A stretch of 64,000 nt of DNA from assembly GCA_036274575.1 (NCBI GenBank), contig DASUFJ010000021.1, forward strand, positions 8,347 through 72,346, in the 5' to 3' direction. A program made the translations under genes and the position numbers. Positions within the stretch are counted from its first letter, which is position 1. Every line of letters begins with the position of its first letter. Below the pieces are notes generated by a model. That model ran no database searches and was not told where the DNA came from. It saw only the letters and a program-made list of their open reading frames with translations. Positions 19,117 through 28,262 of the stretch are shown here, piece after piece. This DNA comes from Candidatus Limnocylindria bacterium. Lineage in GTDB: Bacteria; Chloroflexota; Limnocylindria; QHBO01.

Positions 19117-20015
19117 GCGCCGATTGTAGCCACGCCCAGTCGGAGCCGGCCGCGGGACCGATGGGCGAGCCCGTCTCGCTCCAGCCCGGCCAGGATTCGG
19201 GACCAGGCGGCGTCGTCGACCGGCGGACCTATGCGCTCTGCATCGCGGTCGAGGATGCGACGTGCCTCCCGCTCGCGAAGGCTGTGACCGCGAGCCGCGC
19301 TCAGCTCCCGGATGACGGCGCCGCGGTAGGCGCGGTCGGAGCCAAGGAGGCGTGGTTGTCGCGGCACGACGACGGGGCTTGCGGCATCGCGTGAGGGACA
19401 GCCAGGGGCGATGGGGCAGACCTCACAGCGCGGCGCTCGCGGACGGCAGATCGATGCGCCGAATTCCATCGTCGCGTGCGTCCAGGCGTCCACATCGGCC
19501 TCCGATCCCCGCGCGGCGAGGTCGTCCGCCAGCGCCTGAAGCCGGCGCGGTCTGTCCTCCACCGCAAAACGCCGGATCAGCCAGCGCCGCACGTTCGTGT
19601 CGACCACGCCCACCGGCTGGCCGAATGCCAGCGAGGCGATCGCCCGCGCGGTATAGGGACCGATGCCGGGCAGACGCTCGAGGCCGGCCACGTCACCCGG
19701 CCAGCCGCGCTCGGCGACGGCTCGTGCCGCGGCCTGCAGGGCGGTCGCCCGCCGGTTGTAGCCGAGGCCGCTCCACGCCGCGAGCACGGAGGCCGGCGCC
19801 GCCGCCGCCAGCGCCCCAACCGTCGGGAAGCGCGACAGGAAGGTCGGATAGCGCTCAGCCACGCGCGACGCCTGTGTCTGCTGCAGCATCACCTCGCTCA
19901 CCAGCACCGCGTACGGGTCGCGAGTCCGGCGCCACGGAAAGTCGCGGTGCTCAGTCGCGTACCAGGCCAGGACGGCCGCGCGAACGGCGATCAGGTCTGC
20001 GCTCGGCTGGGGCAC
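19113..20015 (-). CDS. mutY: A/G-specific adenine DNA glycosylase (HhH-GPD, FeS-cluster loop)
   Basis: Motifs WYATEHRDFPWR, VSEVMLQQTQ, LPGIGPYTA and VDTNVRR, plus the 4-Cys cluster CRPRAPRCEVCPIAPGC. Confidence 0.9.
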   Translation of the reverse strand: MPQPSADLIAVRAAVLAWYATEHRDFPWRRTRDPYAVLVSEVMLQQTQASRVAERYPTFLSRFPTVGALAAAAPASVLAAWSGLGYNRRATALQAAARAVAERGWPGDVAGLERLPGIGPYTARAIASLAFGQPVGVVDTNVRRWLIRRFAVEDRPRRLQALADDLAARGSEADVDAWTHATMEFGASICRPRAPRCEVCPIAPGCPSRDAASPVVVPRQPRLLGSDRAYRGAVIRELSAARGHSLREREARRILDRDAERIGPPVDDAAWSRILAGLERDGLAHRSRGRLRLGVATIGA

Positions 20016-20062
20016 GCGGCGAGGGTATCAGGGCGGTTGGCGTGCGCTACCGTTGCCGCCTC

Positions 20063-20878
20063 ATGGGCTATCGGCTGCTGTGCCTCGACGCGGGCTTCAC
20101 GATCCTCTCGCCGCGGCGCTCCCTGTCGGACGCGCTGAAGGGCGTGATCGCCAGCGACGGTCACGCGGTGACCGAGGAGGAGCTGCACGCGGCATGGGAG
20201 GCGGGAGACCAGTTCTTCTGGGACGAGTATCACCGCCCCGGGAACGACACCTGGGCCGACGACACACGCATCGAGGACTACTGGCGCAACTACCACAGCG
20301 CGATGCTCGAGCGCGTCGGCGTCGCGAGGCAGCGCGACCTCCTCGACCGCATCCTCGCCAGCCAGTTTGCGCCGGGCGCGTGGGAGCCGTACCCGGACGT
20401 GGAGCCCATGCTCGACGCCATTGCGGCGCTCGGCGACGTCCGAGTCGGCGTCGTCAGCGACTGGGGCTCGAACCTGCGCGGCGTGCTCGCCGAGCTCGAG
20501 CTGGACCGGCGGCTGGACTTCGTCCTCCCGTCGGGCGCGGTCGGCGTCGCCAAGCCGAACGCCGCCTTCTTCCGCATGGCGGCCGATGCAGCTGGAGTGC
20601 GCCCGGAAGAGGCGCTCATGGTGGGCGACAGCTACCGCGCCGATGTTCTCGGCGCGTGGAGCGCGGGGATGGATGCCGTCTGGCTGGACCGAAGCGAGGG
20701 GATCAGCATCACGCCGGACGGGGAGCCGCGGCCGGATGACGTCCGGCGCATCACCTCGCTCGACGAGGTCCCGGCCATCATCCGCCGGGGCGGCCCGCTG
20801 CCGCGCGGCGCGGCAGGGCGGCAGGGACCATCGGAGGCAGTACCGATCGAGCCGTCGACGGGCCATCGGTCGGAGTAG
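20063..20878 (+). CDS. HAD-superfamily hydrolase
   Basis: ATG at 20063 inside ORF 19352..20878. Motif I LLCLDAGFT, plus a later VGDSYRADVLGA motif. Confidence 0.8.
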   Translation: MGYRLLCLDAGFTILSPRRSLSDALKGVIASDGHAVTEEELHAAWEAGDQFFWDEYHRPGNDTWADDTRIEDYWRNYHSAMLERVGVARQRDLLDRILASQFAPGAWEPYPDVEPMLDAIAALGDVRVGVVSDWGSNLRGVLAELELDRRLDFVLPSGAVGVAKPNAAFFRMAADAAGVRPEEALMVGDSYRADVLGAWSAGMDAVWLDRSEGISITPDGEPRPDDVRRITSLDEVPAIIRRGGPLPRGAAGRQGPSEAVPIEPSTGHRSE

Positions 20879-20920
20879 AGTGCCGCGCATCGGTGCCGCA
20901 CCACGAGGAATGACTGCCCC

Positions 20921-22075
20921 ATGACCCGAGCTCAGACCCATCGGCGGCGCGGGCGCGCTGCGGTCTTGCTCCTCTCGCTGTTCCTGCTGACAGCATCGCT
21001 CCTCCCCACCCCGGTCCTCGGCGCGAACCCCGTCATCCGCGGCGTGGTGGTGCAGGACGGCCTGGTCAATCCGTGGGACGTCGCGTTCCTGCCGGGGGGC
21101 CAGATGGTCGTCACCGAGCGCCCCGGTCGCGTGCGCATCTTCGCCAGCGGCCTGCCGAACGCCTCGCTGCTGGGGACGACGACCCTCATCAGCGTGCGCG
21201 CCGAGGGTGAGTCGGGGGTCATGGGCGTCGCCGTGGACCACCTGTTCAGGACCAACCGGCTCATCTACGTCTGCGCGTCGCGCATGTACGGTGGCCAGTG
21301 GGTGAACCAGGTCATCCGGTTCAAGGTGAACACGAACTGGACCCTCACCCAGAACAAGTACCTCATCGCGACCGGCATCCGGGCCAACACCATCCACAAC
21401 GGATGCGCGGTGGAAGAGGGACCCGACCAGAGGATCTGGGTCAGTACCGGCGAAGCCAACAACCCGATGCTCGCGCAGAATCCGTCCAGCCTGAACGGCA
21501 AGATCCTGCGCATCAACCGTGACGGCAGCGTGCCCGCCGACAACCCGATCATGCCCGGCACCAGCAAGCGGACGTTCGTGTACTCGATGGGCCACCGGAA
21601 CCCGCAGGGCATCGCGTTCATGCCGAGCCCGGCCCGGGTGTACGCGGTCGAGCACGGACCGGAACGGGATGACGAGATCAACTGGATCCGGCCCGGTCGG
21701 AACTACGGATGGCCCTGCCGAACCGGTTACAACCACTTCTATCGAAGCTGCAGCGGCGTGATCGGGTCGTTCACGAACCCGGTCTGGACCTCCGGCGCGA
21801 CGACGATCGCGACCTCCGGTGCGGCCATCGTCAACGGCACGGTCTGGCAGGACGTCTCGCGCCAGCTGTTCGTCGCGACCCTCAAGCAGTCTGACCTGCG
21901 CCGCTTCTCGATCGCCTCGGTCGGCCTGCCCGCGACCTACCGGCAGACGTACTTCAACAACATCTGGGGCAGGCTGCGCGCCGTGGTGAACGGCCCGGCC
22001 GGCACGACGCTCTACCTGACGACGTCCAACGGGTCGAACGACAAGATCATCCGGGTCATCCCGCGCAGCAGCTAG
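20921..22075 (+). CDS. PQQ-dependent sugar (glucose/sorbosone) dehydrogenase, secreted
   Basis: Signal-peptide-like N-terminus (RRRGRAAVLLLSLFLLTASLL). Beta-propeller motifs NPWDVAFLPGG, ESGVMGVAVD, GHRNPQGIAF, HGPERDDEIN and NYGWP. Confidence 0.85.
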   Translation: MTRAQTHRRRGRAAVLLLSLFLLTASLLPTPVLGANPVIRGVVVQDGLVNPWDVAFLPGGQMVVTERPGRVRIFASGLPNASLLGTTTLISVRAEGESGVMGVAVDHLFRTNRLIYVCASRMYGGQWVNQVIRFKVNTNWTLTQNKYLIATGIRANTIHNGCAVEEGPDQRIWVSTGEANNPMLAQNPSSLNGKILRINRDGSVPADNPIMPGTSKRTFVYSMGHRNPQGIAFMPSPARVYAVEHGPERDDEINWIRPGRNYGWPCRTGYNHFYRSCSGVIGSFTNPVWTSGATTIATSGAAIVNGTVWQDVSRQLFVATLKQSDLRRFSIASVGLPATYRQTYFNNIWGRLRAVVNGPAGTTLYLTTSNGSNDKIIRVIPRSS

Positions 22076-22249
22076 CCGCGCGGGGGATCAGTTCGCGAAG
22101 TTGATGGCCCGGGTGTCCAGGAGCCAGTAGCCGGCCCACGCGCCTGGATCGGGCCAGCATCGGATCCTGCGCCCAGAAGATCCTCTGATTGGAGGATTAG
22201 TCCGCGGACCCCAGACCGGGCGCCCGGTCCTGCCCGTACAGTTCAGCGC

Positions 22250-23272
22250 ATGAGGTCCCGGACCGAGCCGCCCATCGTCGTCGACAAATTCGGCGGCTCC
22301 GTCCTGCGCCGGCCGGACGATATCGCTGCGGCCGTCGCCGTCGTCGAGCGGCAGCGTGCGCGCGGCCTGCGCCCGGTCGTCGTGGTCAGTGCCTTCGAGG
22401 GGGTGACGGACACGATCCTGGGTGCGGCCGAGGTCCTCCTGCCCGCCGGCGCCGGCTGGCTGCGCGAGCCCGGCTCCGACCCCTCCTCGCCCATGGCGCG
22501 CGAGACGGACCGCGCGCTCGCCACCGGAGAGGCGCTCTCTGCCGCCCTCTTCGCGCTCGGCCTCCAGGCGCGAGGGATTCCCGCCCGCTCGTTCTCGGGG
22601 GCGGAGGCGGGCATCCGTACCGCCGCTGCCCACCTGGGGGCGGAGGTCCGGCGCGTCCTCTCGCGTCCGCTGCGCGCGGCGTTATCCGGGGGCCTCGTCC
22701 CGGTGGTGGCCGGGTTTCAGGGAATCGGCACGCACGGCGAGCTGACGACTCTCGGCCGCGGCGGCACCGACCTGTCGGCAGTGGCATTGGCCGTCGCCCT
22801 TCGCGCCGACCGATGCGAGCTATTCAAGGACGTCGGCGGGGTGATGGAAGCCGATCCGCACCTCGTCCCGAATGCGCGCTTCCTGCCGGCGGTCGACGCC
22901 ATCCAGCTCGAGCTGCTGGCCGAGATGGGCGCCGAGGTCGTCCACCCGGTCGCCGTGCGGCGCGCCCGTCGGGGCCGGCTTGACCTCGTCGTGCGCGCGC
23001 TGGACGACGATGCGCCGCAGACGGTCGTGCGGCCCACCACGCCCCAGTCGGATGGGGTGCTCATGTTGGCCGTCGACCGCAAGGAACGGATGGCTCGCAT
23101 CAGCCTCGTCGGCCCGGCCCGCCTGACCCCCGAGGTGCTTCCCGTTCCGGCCCACGGGGAGGGCTCGTTCGACGAGGGCGGGATGCGGGTCGTGTGGGCC
23201 GAGGTTCCGCTGGCCGCGGCCGCGTCGGCGGCGCAGGCCGTGCACGCCGCCTATTGCCTCCCGCGCACGTAG
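22250..23272 (+). CDS. aspartate-kinase-like amino-acid kinase (short, 340 aa)
   Basis: Motifs VVDKFGGSVL, VVVVSAFEGVTD, TTLGRGGTDLSAVALA and FKDVGGVMEADP. The C-terminal regulatory region is much shorter than a usual double-ACT tail. Confidence 0.8.
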   Translation: MRSRTEPPIVVDKFGGSVLRRPDDIAAAVAVVERQRARGLRPVVVVSAFEGVTDTILGAAEVLLPAGAGWLREPGSDPSSPMARETDRALATGEALSAALFALGLQARGIPARSFSGAEAGIRTAAAHLGAEVRRVLSRPLRAALSGGLVPVVAGFQGIGTHGELTTLGRGGTDLSAVALAVALRADRCELFKDVGGVMEADPHLVPNARFLPAVDAIQLELLAEMGAEVVHPVAVRRARRGRLDLVVRALDDDAPQTVVRPTTPQSDGVLMLAVDRKERMARISLVGPARLTPEVLPVPAHGEGSFDEGGMRVVWAEVPLAAAASAAQAVHAAYCLPRT

Positions 23273-23315
23273 CGGGGCTGGCCGTCCGTTGCGTCGGACG
23301 ACAACCGCCGGCGGA

Positions 23316-24296
23316 TCAGCCCGCCTCGGCGACGGCCTCGTGCTCAGCGGCCGTGGCCGTCGGGCGCAGCTGGAGAAGGACCGCTGCGACGAGGATCAAC
23401 GCCCCGCCCAGCAGCTGGACCGGTGCCGGCCGTTCGTCGAGGAGCCAGGCGGCGAGCGCGACGCCGACGACTGGCTCGAAGGTGGCAAGGATTGCCGCGC
23501 GGGGCGGCCCGAGGCGCCGGATTCCGACGATGTAGCAGACGGTGGGCACGCCGGCGCCCACCAGCCCTGCCGCCAGGACCGGCCAGAAGGCGGCCGCGGA
23601 CGTGAGCGGCTGGCCGAGGGACGCGAACGCCCCGAGGCCGAGCGCGATCGCGAGGTAGAGCACGAACGCGCCCCCCATCGTCATCGTCGCCGCCTGCGGG
23701 CCGGGGACGTGGGCGAAGCCATGACGAGCGGCGAGCACGTAGAAGACCTGCATCATTCCGGCGAGGAAGGCGAGACCGATGCCGAGCGCGTCGATCGTCC
23801 CGAGGTCGCCGGCGCCGGCGACCACCAGCGCCGTCCCGGCAAGTGACACGGCGAGCGCCCCCCACCGAAGGCGGTCCAGCCGCTCGCCGAGCCAGGCGAC
23901 CGACACGATCGCGACGCCGGCCGGGTAGAGGTAGAAGACCAGGAGCGTGAGAGCGATCGTGATCCGCTCGAACGCGATGAAGGCGGCCAGGTTGAGGACG
24001 GTGTTGGCAACGGCTGCGGCGACGATGAACCATCGGTCGCGCCGCGGCAGCCGGCGCAGCGGGACGAGCCGGCCACGGCCGAGGGCGCGGAGCGCCAGGA
24101 GCGAGCCGCCGACGACCGCCGCGCCGAGGCCGGCACGCCAGGTGACGATGGTCAGCGAGTCGACGCCGGCCTCACCGGCGAAGCGGCTCAACGGCCCGAG
24201 GGTCCCGAAGCAGGCGGCGGCGACCAGGATGAGCGCCACGCCGCCAGCATCCGGACCGTGCGAGGGCGGCCTGGGGCTGGATTCGCCCTCGCTCAC
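23316..24296 (-). CDS. EamA/DMT-family transporter
   Basis: 326 aa with about 10 TM helices and two EamA-like halves. The GTG start overlaps the ABC-F stop (GTGA). Confidence 0.85.
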   Translation of the reverse strand: MSEGESSPRPPSHGPDAGGVALILVAAACFGTLGPLSRFAGEAGVDSLTIVTWRAGLGAAVVGGSLLALRALGRGRLVPLRRLPRRDRWFIVAAAVANTVLNLAAFIAFERITIALTLLVFYLYPAGVAIVSVAWLGERLDRLRWGALAVSLAGTALVVAGAGDLGTIDALGIGLAFLAGMMQVFYVLAARHGFAHVPGPQAATMTMGGAFVLYLAIALGLGAFASLGQPLTSAAAFWPVLAAGLVGAGVPTVCYIVGIRRLGPPRAAILATFEPVVGVALAAWLLDERPAPVQLLGGALILVAAVLLQLRPTATAAEHEAVAEAG

Positions 24297-26299
24297 CCGC
24301 CGCCGGCGCTGACGGTCGCCGCCTCTGACTCCGCGGCATCGAGCTCCGCTGCAAGCCGGTCGCGCTCGGAGGCGAGCCGGTCGCCGCGGTCACGCAGCAG
24401 GTTGTGGCGCTCGACGAGAGCGCGCACCACGCCCGGATCGGCGTAGGTGGCTGGGTCAGCCAGGCGCTCGCTGACCGTCGTGAGCTCGGCGGCGGCGGCG
24501 GCCGCTTCGGTCTCCGCCTGGTTCAATGCCGCGCGCAGGTCACGCGTCCGGCGATGACGATCGTTTCGCTCTTCGGCCTCCCGACGCTTGCGCTCTGAGG
24601 ATGCGCGCGCCGTCTCCCGGGGCTCCTTCACGACCACGCCGCGCGGCGTGCTGCGAGCGCCCTCGACGGCGCCGCGCTGCTCGATGTCGAGGCCGCGCTT
24701 GGCGGCGTAGTACTCGAAGTCGCCGGGATACAGGGTGGCATCGCCGTCATTCACCTCGACGATCGTGTTCGCGACGCTGCGGATGAGATACCGGTCGTGG
24801 GTGATCAGGACGATCGTGCCGCTGAAGGCGTTCAGTGCGTCCTCCAGCACGTCGCGGCTCTGGATGTCGAGGTGGTTCGTCGGCTCGTCGAGGCACAGCA
24901 GGTTTGCCGGATCGGCGAGCAGCTTGGCGAGGGCCAGCCGCGTCTGCTCGCCACCCGAGAGGACGCCGACCCTCTTGTTGATCGCGTCGCCGGAGAAGAG
25001 GAAGGCGCCGAGGAGGGCGCGCATCTCGCCGGTGGCCATCATCGGTGCAGCGTCGTTCAGCTCCTCGAACACGGTGTTCGACGGGTTCAACGCCTCGATC
25101 TGGTGCTGCGCGAAGTAGGCGACCCGGACGTTGCTGCCCAGCGTGCGCGTGCCCGCCTCGAAGTCCAGGACGCCCGCCAGGATCTTCAGGAGGGTCGACT
25201 TGCCAGCCCCGTTCGGACCGATGAGGGCCACGCGCTGCCCACGCTCGAGCGTGAGGTCGAGGTCGCCGTCGTAGACGACGGTGTCGCCGTAGCGCTTGGC
25301 GATGTCGGTGAGGGTGATCACCGTTCGGCCGGAACGGGGCGGGGACGGGAAGCGGAACTTCACGCTCCGCGACCGCCGCTGCGGCTGCGCCACCCGCTCG
25401 AGCTTCTCGAGCGACTTGATGCGCGACTGGACCTGGCGTGCCTTCGACGCCTTGTAGCGGAAGCGCTCGATGAACGCGGTGGTGTGGGCGATCTTGCGCT
25501 GCTGGTTCTTCGCCGCCGCCTCGAGCTGGGCCATGCGCTCGGTGCGCTGCTCCACGAAGTCGGCGTAGTCGCCGACGTACTCGGTCGCACGCCCGTCGTG
25601 AAGCTCGACCACGCGGTTGGCGACATCGTTGATGAAGTCACGATCGTGGCTGACGAGGACGATGGCTCCCGCGTACTGAGCGAGGAAGCCCTGGAGCCAC
25701 TCGACCGAGGCAAGGTCAAGATGGTTCGTGGGCTCGTCGAGGAGGAGGACGTCGGGGTTCTGGAGCAGGAGGCGCGCGAGGGCGACGCGCATCATCCAGC
25801 CGCCGGAGAACTCGCCGATCTCTCGCTCGACATCCTCATCCGCGAAGCCGAGTCCGGCGAGGATTCGCCGGGCCTCCGCCTCCAGCCCGTACCCACCCAG
25901 CGCCTCGAACCGATGCTGGAGCCGCCCGTACTCGTCGACCAGCTCCGCAAGCTCGTCCTCATCGTCGGCGTCCGACAGCTCGGCCTCCACGTGGCGCATT
26001 CGGCGCTCGACGCCGCTCACCTCCCCGGCGCCACCGATGACCTCGGCGAGGGCGCTACGGCCCTTGCTCTGGGCGACCTCCTGGCGCAGGTAGCCGATGA
26101 CCGTGTCGCGGGCGCGGGCGATGGTGCCGGTGTCGGGCTCCTGGTCGCCGGTGATCAGCTCCAGGAGCGTCGTCTTGCCGGCGCCGTTAGGCCCGACGAC
26201 CGCGATCCGGCGGCCCGCGGCGATGAGCAGGCCGACGTCGCTGAACAGGTGCTGCGCGGCGTGGCTCTTCGACACGCCCGCCAGTGTCACGAGGCTCAT
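24293..26299 (-). CDS. ABC-F family ATPase (two ABC domains, no TMD, charged C-terminal coiled coil)
   Basis: Two Walker A motifs ([18 protein letters not shown]), two signature motifs ([16 protein letters not shown]) and an Arg/Glu-rich C-terminus. Confidence 0.92.
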   Translation of the reverse strand: MSLVTLAGVSKSHAAQHLFSDVGLLIAAGRRIAVVGPNGAGKTTLLELITGDQEPDTGTIARARDTVIGYLRQEVAQSKGRSALAEVIGGAGEVSGVERRMRHVEAELSDADDEDELAELVDEYGRLQHRFEALGGYGLEAEARRILAGLGFADEDVEREIGEFSGGWMMRVALARLLLQNPDVLLLDEPTNHLDLASVEWLQGFLAQYAGAIVLVSHDRDFINDVANRVVELHDGRATEYVGDYADFVEQRTERMAQLEAAAKNQQRKIAHTTAFIERFRYKASKARQVQSRIKSLEKLERVAQPQRRSRSVKFRFPSPPRSGRTVITLTDIAKRYGDTVVYDGDLDLTLERGQRVALIGPNGAGKSTLLKILAGVLDFEAGTRTLGSNVRVAYFAQHQIEALNPSNTVFEELNDAAPMMATGEMRALLGAFLFSGDAINKRVGVLSGGEQTRLALAKLLADPANLLCLDEPTNHLDIQSRDVLEDALNAFSGTIVLITHDRYLIRSVANTIVEVNDGDATLYPGDFEYYAAKRGLDIEQRGAVEGARSTPRGVVVKEPRETARASSERKRREAEERNDRHRRTRDLRAALNQAETEAAAAAAELTTVSERLADPATYADPGVVRALVERHNLLRDRGDRLASERDRLAAELDAAESEAATVSAGGG

Positions 26300-26395
26300 G
26301 GGGGGATACGCATGGTAGCCGCGGGGAAGACCGGCGTGCCCAACGCGACTCGGGACCCGCGCGTGGAAGCTTGCTCGTGAGGGCTCCGCAGTCCC

Positions 26396-27310
26396 TCAGT
26401 CCGCGGCGAGCCTCGCCCCGCTGGTATCGAACCGCAGTCGCGTGGCCATGCCCAGAATCCCAGCCGCATTCCAGGCCTTTTCGACGGCGTGGGCCGATGC
26501 CGGCGAGTCGCAGATGGCGAGCACCGTCGGGCCGGCGCCGGAGAGGCACGCACCCGCCGCGCCGCGATCGTAGGCGAGCTCGATCAGGTCGCGCGAGCCG
26601 GGCAGCCGCGGCAGGCGGAAGGGCTGATGCAGCTCATCGGTCATCGCCGTGCGCAGGAGACCGGCGTCCGAGGTCATCACCGCCGCCGCCAGCAGTGCCG
26701 TCCGACCGGCCTGTCGCGCCGCCGCGGCATGCGGCACCACAGCGGGTAACGCGGCTCGCATCTCGGCCGTGAGGCTCTCGCGCTGCGGGATGAAGGCGAC
26801 CGGGATCCATGCTTCAGGCACGCGGAATCGGCGCAGGACGACGCGGCCGTCCGTGTCGGTCAGTGCAACCGTGAAGCCGCCGTAGAAGGCCGCCGCAACG
26901 TTGTCCGGGTGCCCCTCGAGGCGCGATGCGAGCTCGAGCAGCTCATCCGCCTCGACCTGGCGCCGTCCAACCGCCGCGCCCAGGACCACGCCAGCCACGA
27001 TGGCGGCGGCGCTCGAGCCCAGCCCACGCGCGGAGGGGATCATGCTCGACACCTCGAGTCGCCAGGACGCGGCTCCCGGCGCCATGGAGACGCGCAACCC
27101 CTCACGGAAGGCGCGGATGAGCAGGTTGTCGTCGGCGGGCTCGCCGTCGCGCGGCGCCCCCTCGCCGCGGGCGTTCAGCGTGATCCCCGCGTCCTCCCCG
27201 TGCCACAGCTCGGCGCGAAGCTTCAACGAGAGTGCGACCGCGAAACAATCGAAGCCGCTGCCGAGGTTCGCGCTCGAGGCGGGCACGTCGACGCTCGCGA
27301 TGGGGGGCAT
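26396..27310 (-). CDS. thrB: homoserine kinase
   Basis: Motifs VPASSANLGSGFD and the GHMP motif PSARGLGSSAAAIVAG. Confidence 0.9.
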   Translation of the reverse strand: MPPIASVDVPASSANLGSGFDCFAVALSLKLRAELWHGEDAGITLNARGEGAPRDGEPADDNLLIRAFREGLRVSMAPGAASWRLEVSSMIPSARGLGSSAAAIVAGVVLGAAVGRRQVEADELLELASRLEGHPDNVAAAFYGGFTVALTDTDGRVVLRRFRVPEAWIPVAFIPQRESLTAEMRAALPAVVPHAAAARQAGRTALLAAAVMTSDAGLLRTAMTDELHQPFRLPRLPGSRDLIELAYDRGAAGACLSGAGPTVLAICDSPASAHAVEKAWNAAGILGMATRLRFDTSGARLAAD

Positions 27311-27432
27311 GGCGTGGCGAGTATAGGGTCGGCCCTACGTCATCCGGCCGCAGCGACGCTCGGCCAACGTCCCACATTCGAGTACGACGTTGTCCGGTGG
27401 GTCATCGAACGCCCCCGGGTGAAACTGCGCGC

Positions 27433-27891
27433 ATGACCGCCCAACCCTCGGCTGGCTGCCGCCCCCACGTCCAGGCCGCCCTCCGCGACGATCCGGTGGT
27501 CTGGCTCAGCTCCGTGCAGGCCGACGGCCGGCCGCACCTTGTGCCGGTCTGGTTCCACTGGGACGGTGAGCGGATCGTGGCGTTCAGCAAGCCCCACGCG
27601 CGCAAGGTCGACAACCTTCGCGGCCAGCCGCGGGTCATGCTCGCCGTCGGCACGCCGGGGCCTGACTTCGAGGTCGAGCTGATCGAGGCCACCGCCGAGC
27701 TGCCCGAGGAGCCGGCCAAATCGCTCATCCCGGAGGGCTTCGGCGCGAAGTACCGCGAGCTGCTGCGCCGGGCAGGGCTCACCGTGCAGCGCTACGCCGA
27801 GGTCTACTCGCAGCCGATCGTCCTGCGTCCGACGCGCTTCCTCGGCTACGGCGGCCGTGGCTGGGAGGGCGGTCGCGCTCTCCTGACCTGA
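27433..27891 (+). CDS. pyridoxamine 5'-phosphate oxidase (PPOX)-class / F420-type flavin-binding family protein
   Basis: ATG at 27433 in ORF 27232..27891. Segment VVWLSSVQADGRPHLVPVWFHWDGERIVAF...KVDNLR is typical of the split-barrel fold. Confidence 0.75.
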   Translation: MTAQPSAGCRPHVQAALRDDPVVWLSSVQADGRPHLVPVWFHWDGERIVAFSKPHARKVDNLRGQPRVMLAVGTPGPDFEVELIEATAELPEEPAKSLIPEGFGAKYRELLRRAGLTVQRYAEVYSQPIVLRPTRFLGYGGRGWEGGRALLT

Positions 27892-27899
27892 GGGGCGTC

Positions 27900-28262
27900 T
27901 CAGCCGCTCGACGAGCCCCGCTCGACGGCGCCGATGAGGTCGTCGAACCCGAACGGCTTGGCGACGAAGGTTGCGGCCGCGATCTCGCCGGCCCAGTGGG
28001 CGGCGTCGCGCGCCGCGGTCATCACCACGATCGGGATCCGGTGACCGCGACGGCGAAGCTCGGCGGCGAAGCCCCAGCCGTCGAGGATTGGCATCCGCAT
28101 GTCGAGCAGGATGAGGTCCGGAACGCGCTCCTCGACACGTGCCAGCGCATCGGCTCCATTGGCGGCCTCCGCGACGTCATAGCCCTCGATCTCGAGCATG
28201 GCGGCGACGGTGGCGCGGATGTCGGGCTCGTCGTCGACGACGAGGACATGGAGCTCAGGCAT
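27900..28262 (-). CDS. single-domain response regulator (receiver only)
   Basis: Start MPELHVLVVDDEPD (ATG at 28262). Phospho-acceptor in LILLDMRMP, T in VVMTA, K in FVAKPF. No output domain. Overlaps the kinase stop by 8 nt. Confidence 0.9.
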   Translation of the reverse strand: MPELHVLVVDDEPDIRATVAAMLEIEGYDVAEAANGADALARVEERVPDLILLDMRMPILDGWGFAAELRRRGHRIPIVVMTAARDAAHWAGEIAAATFVAKPFGFDDLIGAVERGSSSG

